IMG/VR virus record: IMGVR_UViG_3300030117_005808
Coordinates: 42,524-106,523 of that record
From: a virus
Strand: one strand, 5' to 3'
DNA: 64,000 bases
Below are positions 46,965-57,062 of the stretch, one piece after another. Under the pieces are notes generated by a model. It was not told the DNA's origin, did no database searches, and worked only from the letters and a program-made list of their open reading frames with translations. Position 1 is the stretch's first letter. Every line of letters begins with the position of its first letter. Made by a program: the position numbers and the translations under genes.

Positions 46965-49946
46965 ATGCCATCAGACGCTAGAAAATTTAGATTCGTATCC
47001 CCCGGTATTTTCATTAATGAAATCGACCAGTCGCAGATCCCTGCACTCCCTGAAGCTGTAGGGCCTGTGATTATTGGCCGCGCAGAAAAAGGCCCCGGAA
47101 TGACCCCAACAAAGGTCGGCTCATTTTCTGAATTTGTTGAAAGATTTGGAAACCCACTCTCTGGTATAGGCACGGACGGTGATGTCTGGCGCTTAGGTAA
47201 TGGTTACGCTGCTCCGTCATACGGTGCATACGCCGCACAAGCTTATCTCCGCGCTGGTGTTGGTCCTGTTACTTTTGTTCGTCTTATGGGCACGCAGTCT
47301 CCTGATGCTACCACTGCCGGCAAAGCAGGCTGGACCACAACTGCTACTAGTCCCACTAGTCTTGCATCCACCAACGGCGGCGCATATGGTCTCTTCTTGT
47401 TCGAGTCTGCTTCAGCAGGCGGTACAACGACTGCACCGGGCACACTTGCCGCTGTTTGGTATTTGAATAGTGGCGCGATTGTCCTTTCTGGAAACGTTGC
47501 TGGCTCTACAGCGACAACTGGCGCAGCAGCAGTGGCAGTCAAAGCGGATTCCACTGGCAACTTCAAAGCGCAGATTTATAGCACTGCCGGCGTCCCACTT
47601 ACGGGCGCAGGAAAACTAGAGGACATTACCTTTAACCTTACTGAGGGTAGTCGCCACTTTATCCGTAATGTGTTCAATACGAATCCCGAGAACGCCGGCG
47701 CAATGGCAGATACAACCACTTCCAAAAACTATTGGCTTGGACAAACGTTTGAAAGCTATGTTGCACGCGCTGGAACGGCTGGTGCATCCTTAGCAGGAGA
47801 CGCTGCTTCGTTTGGCGCAATTCTTGCGATCGCGAACAGTTCAGACGACAACGGCCCACATGAGCAAAGAATCCCTTACCGTGATGCACACTCTGGTTGG
47901 TTCTTTGCACAGTCTCTCAACGCCGACACCGCTTCATATACTCATGAAAATCAACAAAAACTTTTTAAGTTTGTTGGCATCAATGGTCACGGCGCATGGC
48001 TGCATAGAAACATTAAAATCTCTATCAATAACATCAAAGCACCAAGCAATGACAACGTGAAATATGGAACGTTCGATGTTGAAATTCGTAAAGCACAAGA
48101 CACCGACCTTGGTCCAGTAATTCTTGAAAGATTCTCTAACTGTAACTTGGACCCAAGAAGCGCCAACTTTATTGCTCGCAAGATTGGTGACATCTCCGTT
48201 GAGTTTGACAATGATGAAAAGAGATATAGAGAGTTTGGGGATTATGCCAACAATTCTGAATACGTTCGCGTCGTTCTACATGAGAATGTTGGTGTTATCG
48301 ATCCAAAGTTCTTGCCATTTGGTGTCTTTGGGCCGCCAAAGTATCCGGGCTGGACTTCTACTGCTGCTACCGCACCGACCAACGGTAATGCAAGCACCAA
48401 CGCATTTGCTCTTGGCTCTAATGAGATCCCATTCTCTGCTTGCACAACTGCGAACTTCTTAACTGGTGGCGCAGATTCTGTTCTTGGTGCTTATGGTACT
48501 GCTGATATTACATATCCTAATGTCCTGACCCGCTTAAGTTGCTCTAATGGTGGCGACGGCGCTAGCCCAACCACTAATGCCTATTTTGGGCTGCAAACTA
48601 CTAAGGCTAGAACTAGCACAGTGTTTGATAACGGGTATGTTGATTATCTTCGTCCTCTCGGAGCGGACGTTGTGAGTGACGCAGCTTGGGTAGATACTTT
48701 TGGAATCAGTGGCTACACTAGTCCGCTTATCCCACAGTTTAAGTTTACCCTTGATGAAGTGTTTGTTACTTACGATACAAGCACCTACTCCTCAACGACC
48801 CCAACTCTCGGTATTCAAGACGCTGCATATATCTCTGGATCTTTTGCAAACGGCACCTCGTTTACCGCAACCAGTTCTGTTGGTGGTACAGCAAACTTTG
48901 AGAATATTCTTAATGCCAAGGTTAATCGTTTCACATCGCCTCTCTTCGGCGGCTTTGATGGTGTTGATATCACAGAGCGTGATCCGTTCCGCAATACTCT
49001 TATTGATGGCACCTCACCTACGGAAGAGACTAACTATGTGTTCTTCTCGCTCCGCAGAGCCATTAACACTATTGCAGATGCAGAGGTCGTTGAGATGAAT
49101 CTTGCTTCTCTCCCCGGTATTTGGCACGAAGAAACCACCAAGTATCTTATCGATACTTGTGAAGCTCGCGGAGATGCATTGGCCGTCATCGACCTTAAGG
49201 GTGGCTTTACCCCAAGGCACGAAAGCACTGATTCCAAGTCTACTAGAAAGGGATCGTTAGGTAATGTCCTAACCAACATTAAGGCTCGTAATCTTAACTC
49301 CTCCTATGGCGCGGCTTACTACCCATGGGTGAAGGTCAGAGACGATCAAAGTGGCACCATTGTTAATATGCCTCCTTCGGTTGTTGCCCTTGGTGTTCTT
49401 GCCAACACAGAGAGAGCAGCAGATGTCTGGTTCGCGCCAGCAGGTTTCCGTAGAGGTGGCCTGTCACTTGGAGCGGCTGGTCTAACTGTTAGCGGCGTTG
49501 AAACCAAATTAACTTCGCGCAATAGAGATGATCTCTACGAGGTCAATGTTAACCCGATTGCTTCTTTCCCCGCAGAGGGCATCGTGGTCTTCGGACAGAA
49601 GACATTGCAAGCCACTCAGTCGGCACTTGACCGTATCAACGTGCGTCGTCTGTTGATCTTCCTCAAGAGAGGAATCTCCAGAATCTCCAGCACCACGCTG
49701 TTCCAGCCAAACGTGCAAGCTACTTGGAATAACTTCAAGTCTAGAGCAGATCAGTTCTTGGGCGATGTCCAAACTAGATTCGGTCTCGATGACTTCCGGG
49801 TTGTTCTTGACGAAACCACCACTACTCCTGACTTAGTTGATCGTAACATCTTGTATGCTAAGATTTTTGTCAAGCCCACAAGAGCCATTGAGTTCATTGC
49901 TATTGACTTCATTATTACAAGGTCAGGTGCGTCTTTCGACGACTAA
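46965..49946 (+). CDS. Contractile tail sheath protein (gp18-like), 993 aa
   Basis: SPGIFINEIDQS, KGP, YYPWV, WFAPAGFRRG, VVFGQKTLQ..SALDRINVRRLL, KPTRAIEFI. Confidence 0.95.
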   Translation: MPSDARKFRFVSPGIFINEIDQSQIPALPEAVGPVIIGRAEKGPGMTPTKVGSFSEFVERFGNPLSGIGTDGDVWRLGNGYAAPSYGAYAAQAYLRAGVGPVTFVRLMGTQSPDATTAGKAGWTTTATSPTSLASTNGGAYGLFLFESASAGGTTTAPGTLAAVWYLNSGAIVLSGNVAGSTATTGAAAVAVKADSTGNFKAQIYSTAGVPLTGAGKLEDITFNLTEGSRHFIRNVFNTNPENAGAMADTTTSKNYWLGQTFESYVARAGTAGASLAGDAASFGAILAIANSSDDNGPHEQRIPYRDAHSGWFFAQSLNADTASYTHENQQKLFKFVGINGHGAWLHRNIKISINNIKAPSNDNVKYGTFDVEIRKAQDTDLGPVILERFSNCNLDPRSANFIARKIGDISVEFDNDEKRYREFGDYANNSEYVRVVLHENVGVIDPKFLPFGVFGPPKYPGWTSTAATAPTNGNASTNAFALGSNEIPFSACTTANFLTGGADSVLGAYGTADITYPNVLTRLSCSNGGDGASPTTNAYFGLQTTKARTSTVFDNGYVDYLRPLGADVVSDAAWVDTFGISGYTSPLIPQFKFTLDEVFVTYDTSTYSSTTPTLGIQDAAYISGSFANGTSFTATSSVGGTANFENILNAKVNRFTSPLFGGFDGVDITERDPFRNTLIDGTSPTEETNYVFFSLRRAINTIADAEVVEMNLASLPGIWHEETTKYLIDTCEARGDALAVIDLKGGFTPRHESTDSKSTRKGSLGNVLTNIKARNLNSSYGAAYYPWVKVRDDQSGTIVNMPPSVVALGVLANTERAADVWFAPAGFRRGGLSLGAAGLTVSGVETKLTSRNRDDLYEVNVNPIASFPAEGIVVFGQKTLQATQSALDRINVRRLLIFLKRGISRISSTTLFQPNVQATWNNFKSRADQFLGDVQTRFGLDDFRVVLDETTTTPDLVDRNILYAKIFVKPTRAIEFIAIDFIITRSGASFDD

Positions 49947-49959
49947 AAAACATTTGAGT

Positions 49960-49967
49960 ACTATTTA
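49960..49967 (+). promoter_or_regulatory. Putative late promoter motif ACTATTTA
   Basis: Intergenic, 32 nt before the tube ATG. Confidence 0.6.
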
Positions 49968-49991
49968 AAATAGATAGGGAGACACTACAAC

Positions 49992-50561
49992 ATGGCAAAT
50001 AACTTCTGGACAAATGTCCCGGCTCAAGATCCAAAGAGAGGCTTTCGCTTCCGGGTTTTAATTCCCGGTATTGATTCTAACTTTCTTTGGTACGCTAAGA
50101 CTGCCACGAAGCCACAGATTTCTTTTGGCGAAGCATCACACTCTTACTTGAACCACACCTACTATTGGCCCGGCCGAGCAGAGTGGAATGAGGTGGATGT
50201 TACCCTTGTTGATCCTGTCGAGCCAAATCTCGCCGGAAACATGTCAGCCCTGATCGTTGCTGCTGGTTATGAGATTCCCTCTGATTCCAATCAGTTTAGT
50301 ACAATGTCGAAAGCTAGAGCCTCACAGCCGCTTGGAGTTGTTACAATCGAACAAATTGATGAGAGTGGAAACACTTTAGAGAAGTGGAACCTGAATAATG
50401 CTTGGGTGAAAGAACTCACTTGGGGAGAGCTTGATTACTCTAGTGATGATCTTACCGAGTGTACTATTAAGTTCCGATATGATTGGGCATCCCTTACTTC
50501 CGCAGCCGATGGTCCACAAAACATCAGTGGCCCCTTCTTCGCAGGACCTACAACCAGTTAA
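49992..50561 (+). CDS. Tail tube protein (gp19-like)
   Basis: PKRGFRFRV, YWPGRAEWNEVDVTLVDP, EKWNLNNAW..ELDYSSDD..FRYDW; follows sheath. Confidence 0.88.
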   Translation: MANNFWTNVPAQDPKRGFRFRVLIPGIDSNFLWYAKTATKPQISFGEASHSYLNHTYYWPGRAEWNEVDVTLVDPVEPNLAGNMSALIVAAGYEIPSDSNQFSTMSKARASQPLGVVTIEQIDESGNTLEKWNLNNAWVKELTWGELDYSSDDLTECTIKFRYDWASLTSAADGPQNISGPFFAGPTTS

Positions 50562-50574
50562 TAGAGGTGATTAA

Positions 50575-51519
50575 ATGGCTAGTGGTACAGATGGCAAGCC
50601 CGGTGAGAGGTTCGTTATACCCAGCCAAAGATTTCTGGAAACGGTCAATCGTATTGAAGGCGGGGGAACTTTTGACGCCTCTTCCATTCCAGACGCTGAT
50701 TTTGAACAAGCTTTTGGTTTACCTAGTGATGAAGAACTTGTAGCTGACGCACTACTTAGTTCGGCTAAAGCCACTACGAAAGCTAAGGATAAGGCACATT
50801 TTTGGACAACGCCATCGGTATTTTTGGACTTTGATCCTAAATCACAGTTTCGTTGGAGAGTCCGCATACCGGGCCTGAATTTAAAAGATACCTCTGCTAG
50901 CCCCGACGAGGTTGATGTTGTACGCCGCTCTATACTTGCTGATGCAAGTGGTGATACAGTATGGTATGCGAAAACAATTGATAAACCAACTTATGCTGTG
51001 AAAAACATGGTTGACGGTAGATACCCTGTAGATGGTGTGTTGGCAACACCAAAGATAACCGCTACATCGCCAGAACTTAAGCCAGTAACAATGACATTGG
51101 TTGACCCTGTAAGTCCCGGCTCAACAAGAGCACTTGCTAGATATTTGCGTAACGCAGGGTTCCAAGAGAAAGCAAAACCTGACAACGCTACGCGAGCCTA
51201 TCTAGGGACCAACTATCCATCGGCTTTACCCGGAGGCCCAGAACCTACACACGGAGAGATGTATATAGAACAGCTAGATGCGAGAGGCGTTATTCTTGAA
51301 CGCTGGACACTTATCGATCCTTATCCGATTGAAGTGAACTTTGGAAAGCTTGATTACTCTAGTGATAATCTAGTAGAAATCTCCGTTACTTGGGGATACA
51401 GAACATTTAAGGTATTTTTCCCAGCTATTGGGGATGAGCCAGAAATGGAATACTTTGCAGAAATACCAGCCGCCAATAGTTTGGGTGGTGGCGCCGCCGG
51501 CGGATTACCCGGCACATAA
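50575..51519 (+). CDS. Second tail-tube-fold protein (tube paralogue / tube initiator)
   Basis: DPKSQFRWRV, WYAKTIDKP, MTLVDPV, IEQLD, ERWTL, LDYSSDNL align with the 49992 ORF. Confidence 0.75.
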   Translation: MASGTDGKPGERFVIPSQRFLETVNRIEGGGTFDASSIPDADFEQAFGLPSDEELVADALLSSAKATTKAKDKAHFWTTPSVFLDFDPKSQFRWRVRIPGLNLKDTSASPDEVDVVRRSILADASGDTVWYAKTIDKPTYAVKNMVDGRYPVDGVLATPKITATSPELKPVTMTLVDPVSPGSTRALARYLRNAGFQEKAKPDNATRAYLGTNYPSALPGGPEPTHGEMYIEQLDARGVILERWTLIDPYPIEVNFGKLDYSSDNLVEISVTWGYRTFKVFFPAIGDEPEMEYFAEIPAANSLGGGAAGGLPGT

Positions 51520-51540
51520 TAATTTTAACCTAGAGAGGTA

Positions 51541-52386
51541 ATGATGAGAGACAATAATAAGCGGCTATCAGCCGGTGCAGATCCAGCACCTGCCGTAGCT
51601 GATGATGCAAAGCCGTCCTTGGACTTTGCTACACCAACAGAGTTGGTGGACTTGCCATCAAAAGGCAAGTTTTATTCTGAAGGGCATCCCCTTTATAATC
51701 AAGAAACAATCGAAATCAAGTATATGACAGCCAGAGATGAAGATATTCTAACATCTCCTTCGTTATTGAAGAAAGGTGTTGCCATTGATAGATTCCTACA
51801 AAATGTTATTCGTAATCAACGGATTAACGTCAATTCGTTGCTATCTGGTGATAAAAATGCTATTCTTGTTGCATCGCGCATCAATGGTTTCGGAGCAGAC
51901 TATACAACTAAGGTAACATGTCCGAACTGCATGGCTGTAAACGAACATACTTTTGATTTGGATGCTGTTGAACAATATTCTGGAGATGTACACGATGGGT
52001 ACGATATTGTTGCAACCGATCGTGGAACCTTTCTTGTTAAACTTCCAAGAACCGAACTTGAAGTTGAAGTGAGGCTGCTAACCAGTAAAGATGAAAATGA
52101 ACTCGCTGCAAAAATGCAAGCAAACAAAAAACGTTCTAATGTGGTAGAAACGAACCTAACAGATCAGCTTAAAAAAGTGATTGTATCTATTAATGGTGTT
52201 GATGATATGCAATCAATCCATAAGGTTGTTAACAATTTACCGGCTTATGATTCTCGATATCTGCGTGGTGCCTTTGTAAGGATCACGCCCGGTTTGGACA
52301 TGACACAAGATTTTACTTGTGATTCCTGTGGTTTCGAGAAGGAGGTAGATATACCGTTAACGGTTGACTTTTTTTGGTCTAAATAA
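51541..52386 (+). CDS. Baseplate hub / tail assembly chaperone (T4 gp26-like)
   Basis: VDLPSKGKFY, KYMTARDEDIL, CPNC and CDSC pairs, C-terminal DFFW. Confidence 0.8.
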   Translation: MMRDNNKRLSAGADPAPAVADDAKPSLDFATPTELVDLPSKGKFYSEGHPLYNQETIEIKYMTARDEDILTSPSLLKKGVAIDRFLQNVIRNQRINVNSLLSGDKNAILVASRINGFGADYTTKVTCPNCMAVNEHTFDLDAVEQYSGDVHDGYDIVATDRGTFLVKLPRTELEVEVRLLTSKDENELAAKMQANKKRSNVVETNLTDQLKKVIVSINGVDDMQSIHKVVNNLPAYDSRYLRGAFVRITPGLDMTQDFTCDSCGFEKEVDIPLTVDFFWSK

Positions 52387-52576
52387 CGAGTATATCGCTT
52401 CGGTATATGAAGAGTTATTTCTTTTAAAATATCATGGCAACTGGTCATTTATGGAGGCATATAATCTTCCGATTACTATTCGTAGATGGTTCCTTAAACG
52501 CCTCAGCGACCAGATAGAAAAAGAAAACAAACAAGTCGAAGAGGCTCAAAACAAATCTAAGTCCGGAAGGCGTTAA
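52364..52576 (+). CDS. gp51-like chaperone extension, possibly expressed by frameshift from the upstream ORF
   Basis: LKYHGNWSFMEAYNLPITIRRWFLKRL resembles gp51/GT-type domains; overlaps upstream ORF at a T7 run; weak TTG start. Confidence 0.6.
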   Translation: MTFFGLNNEYIASVYEELFLLKYHGNWSFMEAYNLPITIRRWFLKRLSDQIEKENKQVEEAQNKSKSGRR

Positions 52577-52593
52577 TGTCTTCCGGTCTTTTT
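52563..52593 (+). terminator. Rho-independent terminator
   Basis: CCGGAAGGCG-TTAA-TGTCTTCCGG stem followed by TCTTTTT. Confidence 0.7.
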
Positions 52594-52603
52594 GCTTCTC
52601 GAA

Positions 52604-52611
52604 ACTATTTA
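52604..52611 (+). promoter_or_regulatory. Putative late promoter motif ACTATTTA
   Basis: After the terminator, 29 nt before ATG 52633. Confidence 0.62.
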
Positions 52612-52632
52612 CATACAGGGAGAATATAGGCT

Positions 52633-53631
52633 ATGGACGATATTAGTGAACAAATAGATCTGGTTTTAGAATCATCTTTAGAAGAGTTTGTTAGAGCCGG
52701 TTCTCTCAAGGGAGCATCGAAGGCCAAACAATATGACCCTGATGCTTTTCTAAGAGGAGGGCAGAAGAGATTTGGCTTCTTGCCAACAACGTACAAGTCT
52801 CGCGCCACAAAATCTTTAGCTCGTACCGCCGCCGGCCCTTTAGCCCGAACGGATCGTCTCGTAGCAGCCGACGCAGCAGTAGATGTTGAGCCTAGAGAAC
52901 AGAGTCCAGAGAGGCTTGTCCCGACACCCATCCCCCCAAACCTTGAAAGAGATGGCGACAAGTGGAAGCCAAAAGAGGGATATATGTGGGCTATCCCTAG
53001 CAGTGACCCAGATTTTGAAGAGGCAGACGCGGAGGCATACTATGCAGTCGAGGAAATGCCAGAACTTGAACCATCACCAGAACCCGAACCAGATCCAGCA
53101 TCGGACACCGAAGATGATGATGACCTCTTACGCATGCTCGCAGACCTCATCGACGACGATGAAGATGAGGATACACCATCCACCCCTAGCCCGTCATCAA
53201 CTGCCACGCGCACATCCGGCGGTCTGGGTCCAGCGTTAGGCGGCGCCGCCCGAGCCATCCGAAACCGTTTCCGCCGCAACGAGAATGTTAACGAAAACCG
53301 CAAACCAGCCGATGACCTTGTTGAAATCGTGATTGATTTTGAAGAGCTAAAGAAACAAGAACTAAATGAAAGCTTTTTAGCTATGTTTGGTGGCTGGGTT
53401 GAACAGATATTGGGTTCTATATTCACAGGCCGTTCTTTACCGCTAGCTGTTAAAGGTAGCTCTAGAGATGTTAAGGCTTTTGCAAAAGCAATCGGTGGTG
53501 AAAAAGATTATATCGAAGCAGCCAGAAAGTATGGCCTCGATCACCCTACAACATATAAGAACAAAGCAAAACTCAATAACGCTATTAGAGGTTTTGAGAA
53601 AGACACTGGCTTAAAGTGGCCATTTAAATAG
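52633..53631 (+). CDS. Hypothetical protein with acidic/Pro-rich low-complexity centre
   Basis: SD GGGAG; PEPEPDP and DDDEDED tracts; VLE/LEE/VNE/LNE motifs. Confidence 0.6.
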   Translation: MDDISEQIDLVLESSLEEFVRAGSLKGASKAKQYDPDAFLRGGQKRFGFLPTTYKSRATKSLARTAAGPLARTDRLVAADAAVDVEPREQSPERLVPTPIPPNLERDGDKWKPKEGYMWAIPSSDPDFEEADAEAYYAVEEMPELEPSPEPEPDPASDTEDDDDLLRMLADLIDDDEDEDTPSTPSPSSTATRTSGGLGPALGGAARAIRNRFRRNENVNENRKPADDLVEIVIDFEELKKQELNESFLAMFGGWVEQILGSIFTGRSLPLAVKGSSRDVKAFAKAIGGEKDYIEAARKYGLDHPTTYKNKAKLNNAIRGFEKDTGLKWPFK

Positions 53632-53642
53632 GAGACATTTAG

Positions 53643-55928
53643 ATGGCCTTAACACCAGAAGAAGCACGCGCCATAGCTAGAGCTAATGCTGAAATAGCCA
53701 GAGAACAACAAGAGAATGATGATCAAAGACTAAAGAGACTAGAAGACCAGCGCAACGAACTCGCTGGCCAAATTGAAGCTTTAGATGAGATAGCAAAAAA
53801 AGGTCAGACTGTTGTCGGCATTGGTGCCGAGCGCATTAAGCTTTTAGAAGCAAATCTAGAAATAGAAAAAGAGCTACTTAAACAAGGCGATGCAAGAGCA
53901 AAATATAACGCACAAGAGATTGCCGATTTAGAGCGCAAGCTTGAAATCCAGCGTCAGGGATATAATGATGCCGAAGGCTTTGCTAAAAAGTTTATGGGCA
54001 TCACCAGAGAGCCTTCCTCCGAGTTTGGTAAATTTATTGTTGGAGGTGGTGACAGGCTAGCCGGCCTTAGTGCTGGCCTAGCTGAGACCGTTGATACTCT
54101 GAGTATCATGACATCTACTATCGATAAGATTGTGGAAGCTTCCGTCGCGCTCGCCATCGAGCAAGATCAAGTAACGACCGGGTTTGCAAAGAACACAGGA
54201 CAAGTTGGTAAATTTGATAAACAAATTGTGGACCTTGAGAGAAATTTTGTTACTGCCGGCGTTTCAGTAGCAGAATCCGGAGAGGCATTCCAAAGTCTAT
54301 TTGATAATGTTAATGACTTTACTATGATGACGCAGGAGACACAAACCGAGCTTGCAGAAACGGCAGCTATTTTAAATGAGTTTGGTATATCTTCTGATCT
54401 AACTGCTAAAAACATTCAACTTTTAACAAAAACACTCGGTATGGCAGCGCCCGAAGCGGCGGAACTAACAAGAGAGTTACTAGATTTTTCACAAGCTTTA
54501 GGCCTTTCACAGCAGCAGGTAGCAGAGGATTTGTCTAACTTTGGGTCTATGTTAGCAGCATTAGGTCAAGAAGGACCAGAGGCTTTCCGTAAGCTGCAAG
54601 TTCAAGTCAAGGCTACAGGGCTGGAGATAAATGAGCTTCTACAAATAACAGACCAATTTAACAAGTTCGATACAGCGGCTCAGTCCGTTGGTAGGCTGAA
54701 CGCCCTCCTTGGCGGGCCGTTCTTGAATACACTTGAACTTGTGAATGAGACGAATCCAGCTAAGAGATTTGATCTTTTAAAGAGGAGTATAGATAAAGCA
54801 GGCCTATCTTTTGACACAATGGATTTTTATCAAAAGAAAGCCCTAGCCAGCGCGATGGGACTGAACGAGCAACAGTTAGCCCTTATGATGCGAGGCAGAA
54901 TGGATCTTGTGTCGGAGCCTGAACGATCTGCCCGAGAAATAGAAGAGTTGGCACAAGTAACAAGAGACTTTCAAAACCTTCAAGAAGAGATGATGCAAAC
55001 GTTTATGAGTTTGGCCGTCTCTTTTACACCCGCAATAAAACTTCTTAAAGAATTCTTAAATGTTATTCAAGAGCTAGCGCCTCAAATTCAGCTTATCACC
55101 GCTCTATACGCTGGTTATAGGGTGGCCATGATGGCATTTAGTTTGCAAACGAAAATAGCCGCGATGCTTAGTTTTGATTTTACAGTAGCTGAATTTGGAA
55201 GGACAGCCGCGACCGGATCAAGTATTCCAGTTACCAATGCAGCAACAGGCGCTATGACTCTGTTTGGATTTTCTATGAAAGCGGCTTTTGGAATAGTTGG
55301 CATCCTCATAGCCGGATTGTTTGCTCTTGCACACGTTTTCCTTCATGATGCTGGCTCACCGGGCCTGATAACAATCTTAGGTATGGTCTCTGCTGCCCTT
55401 ATTGCCATGGGTATTGCGTCAAGTTTATTTGGATTCTCTTTGGGTCCTGTGATGCCTATCTTGTTAGCTTTTGCGGCCGCAATAATGGCTGTTGGGGTGG
55501 GCATAGGTATTGCTTCGGCAGGACTTAGTTTGATGGTTAACTCTCTTGGCTCGTTTACTACAGGCATCGCAGAAAGTATGATATCAACCGCTATGGCCGT
55601 GCGAAGTATCGTTGATTCAATCAATGAAGTGAAGGCTGGAAAAGCAGTTATCTTTACCGCTGCAATGGCCCCTGTCGCCGCGATTGCAATGAGCCCCGTA
55701 GGAGCAGCAGCAGCAGTCGCTGGCATGGTTGGCGGCGCTACGGGGGGTGAAGCAGGTGGTGGAGCAGGTGGAGCGTCACCAACGATCAATATCACACTAA
55801 GTATTGATGGTGATGAGATATCAACCGCTGTAAATTCTGTTGAGGTATCTAAATACAATAAGGGTAGACAAAGTGATATGTACAACTCAATTGTCGCTAT
55901 GATCGAGCAAGGCTTGGTGAAGGGGTAA
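53643..55928 (+). CDS. Tail tape measure protein
   Basis: Helical Ala/Leu/Gln-rich N-terminal two-thirds, hydrophobic Gly/Ala-rich C-terminal region; after chaperones and before baseplate hub genes. Confidence 0.8.
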   Translation: MALTPEEARAIARANAEIAREQQENDDQRLKRLEDQRNELAGQIEALDEIAKKGQTVVGIGAERIKLLEANLEIEKELLKQGDARAKYNAQEIADLERKLEIQRQGYNDAEGFAKKFMGITREPSSEFGKFIVGGGDRLAGLSAGLAETVDTLSIMTSTIDKIVEASVALAIEQDQVTTGFAKNTGQVGKFDKQIVDLERNFVTAGVSVAESGEAFQSLFDNVNDFTMMTQETQTELAETAAILNEFGISSDLTAKNIQLLTKTLGMAAPEAAELTRELLDFSQALGLSQQQVAEDLSNFGSMLAALGQEGPEAFRKLQVQVKATGLEINELLQITDQFNKFDTAAQSVGRLNALLGGPFLNTLELVNETNPAKRFDLLKRSIDKAGLSFDTMDFYQKKALASAMGLNEQQLALMMRGRMDLVSEPERSAREIEELAQVTRDFQNLQEEMMQTFMSLAVSFTPAIKLLKEFLNVIQELAPQIQLITALYAGYRVAMMAFSLQTKIAAMLSFDFTVAEFGRTAATGSSIPVTNAATGAMTLFGFSMKAAFGIVGILIAGLFALAHVFLHDAGSPGLITILGMVSAALIAMGIASSLFGFSLGPVMPILLAFAAAIMAVGVGIGIASAGLSLMVNSLGSFTTGIAESMISTAMAVRSIVDSINEVKAGKAVIFTAAMAPVAAIAMSPVGAAAAVAGMVGGATGGEAGGGAGGASPTINITLSIDGDEISTAVNSVEVSKYNKGRQSDMYNSIVAMIEQGLVKG

Positions 55929-55931
55929 ACT

Positions 55932-56717
55932 ATGGCAGCTACAATAACCATAAAACATGTTGCAACCGGATTAACCACTACTTTGTCAAACTATTATATG
56001 ACCGAGTTTTCGGACAATATCAGTACAAGCTACAATAAAGTTCAAACCTTCGGGCGTATGGACCCTCTTGTAAACTATCAAGGCAGTACAAGAGATATAT
56101 CAGTTGGCTTACTGTTTACACTGACAGATCGAGCAGAACACGTTAGAATGCATAGGATTATCACAAAGCTACAGAAAATGCAATACCCAGTTTACGAAAA
56201 CAAAGCTAATGCACTCACCATTCAAAGACCTCCTCTTGTTGAGGTAACTTTTGGAAACTTGATTCGAGGAAACAGTGGCGGCGCTCTTCTTTGTGCAATG
56301 GAAGGATTTTCATTTACACCCAAAGTTGGGTTCACCCCAGAAGATTCACCGTATGTGAGGTTTGGCGCCCCGAGAGGCCAGCAAAATGGCAAAGGCCAAA
56401 AAACAGATATTAATCAAGTGGGCACGGCAGATGAGATATTCTTCAAAGAATACTCATTCGCATTTAAGTTTACAGTTCTGCATCAGCAGCCAATGGGTTT
56501 TGCAATAGATTCATCTATGCGAGACAGAGAAACCGATTTGGGCAAAGACAGCAGCTATAGTGACAAGAATATGCGTTTTATCGGCGGCTATTACTTTGGA
56601 TCAGATGTCGAAGAACTCACAGCAGTTGGAGTGCAACCAGCAGCAGCGTCAACAGGGGCAGATGACCAACACGGCGCCGCCGAAGAAGCCGACGCAGTTG
56701 AAGGAGATAGTGAATAA
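55932..56717 (+). CDS. Baseplate/tube-initiator protein
   Basis: FGRMDPLVNYQGSTRDIS, LQKMQYP, PPLVEVTFGNL motifs typical of post-TMP baseplate proteins. Confidence 0.65.
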   Translation: MAATITIKHVATGLTTTLSNYYMTEFSDNISTSYNKVQTFGRMDPLVNYQGSTRDISVGLLFTLTDRAEHVRMHRIITKLQKMQYPVYENKANALTIQRPPLVEVTFGNLIRGNSGGALLCAMEGFSFTPKVGFTPEDSPYVRFGAPRGQQNGKGQKTDINQVGTADEIFFKEYSFAFKFTVLHQQPMGFAIDSSMRDRETDLGKDSSYSDKNMRFIGGYYFGSDVEELTAVGVQPAAASTGADDQHGAAEEADAVEGDSE

Positions 56718-57061
56718 TGCCAAGACACGGAACAGAAGATCTTATAACAAACAGAAACGAGTTCTATGAAGAGTTTTTTGAAGCTAGAGGTGTGGATAGG
56801 ATTCGCCACTATCGATCCCCGATGTTACCTCCAATAACAGTCGATGTTATTAGAAGCTTTACAAGAGAGAAATATGTTTGGAAACTCGGAGATAAATACT
56901 ATAAAATCGCAGCAAGAGCATATGGCGATCCTAAGTTATGGTGGGCCATCGCTTGGTTTAATCAAAAACCAACAGAAAACGATGTAAAACAGGGAGATGT
57001 TATTTATATTCCAAGACCAGTAAACAAGCTCTTGACTTATTTAAATATGGGGTCGATGTAA
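56717..57061 (+). CDS. LysM-like baseplate wedge protein (gp53 / P2 GpX-like)
   Basis: YVWKLGDKYYKIAARAYGDPKLWWAIAWFN...GDVIYIP. Confidence 0.8.
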   Translation: MPRHGTEDLITNRNEFYEEFFEARGVDRIRHYRSPMLPPITVDVIRSFTREKYVWKLGDKYYKIAARAYGDPKLWWAIAWFNQKPTENDVKQGDVIYIPRPVNKLLTYLNMGSM

Positions 57062-57062
57062 T

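Noticed and set aside
55343-55978. 211-aa minus-strand ORF opposite the tape measure C-terminus
   Set aside because: Mirror of Ala/Gly/Ile-rich codons; no independent expression signals
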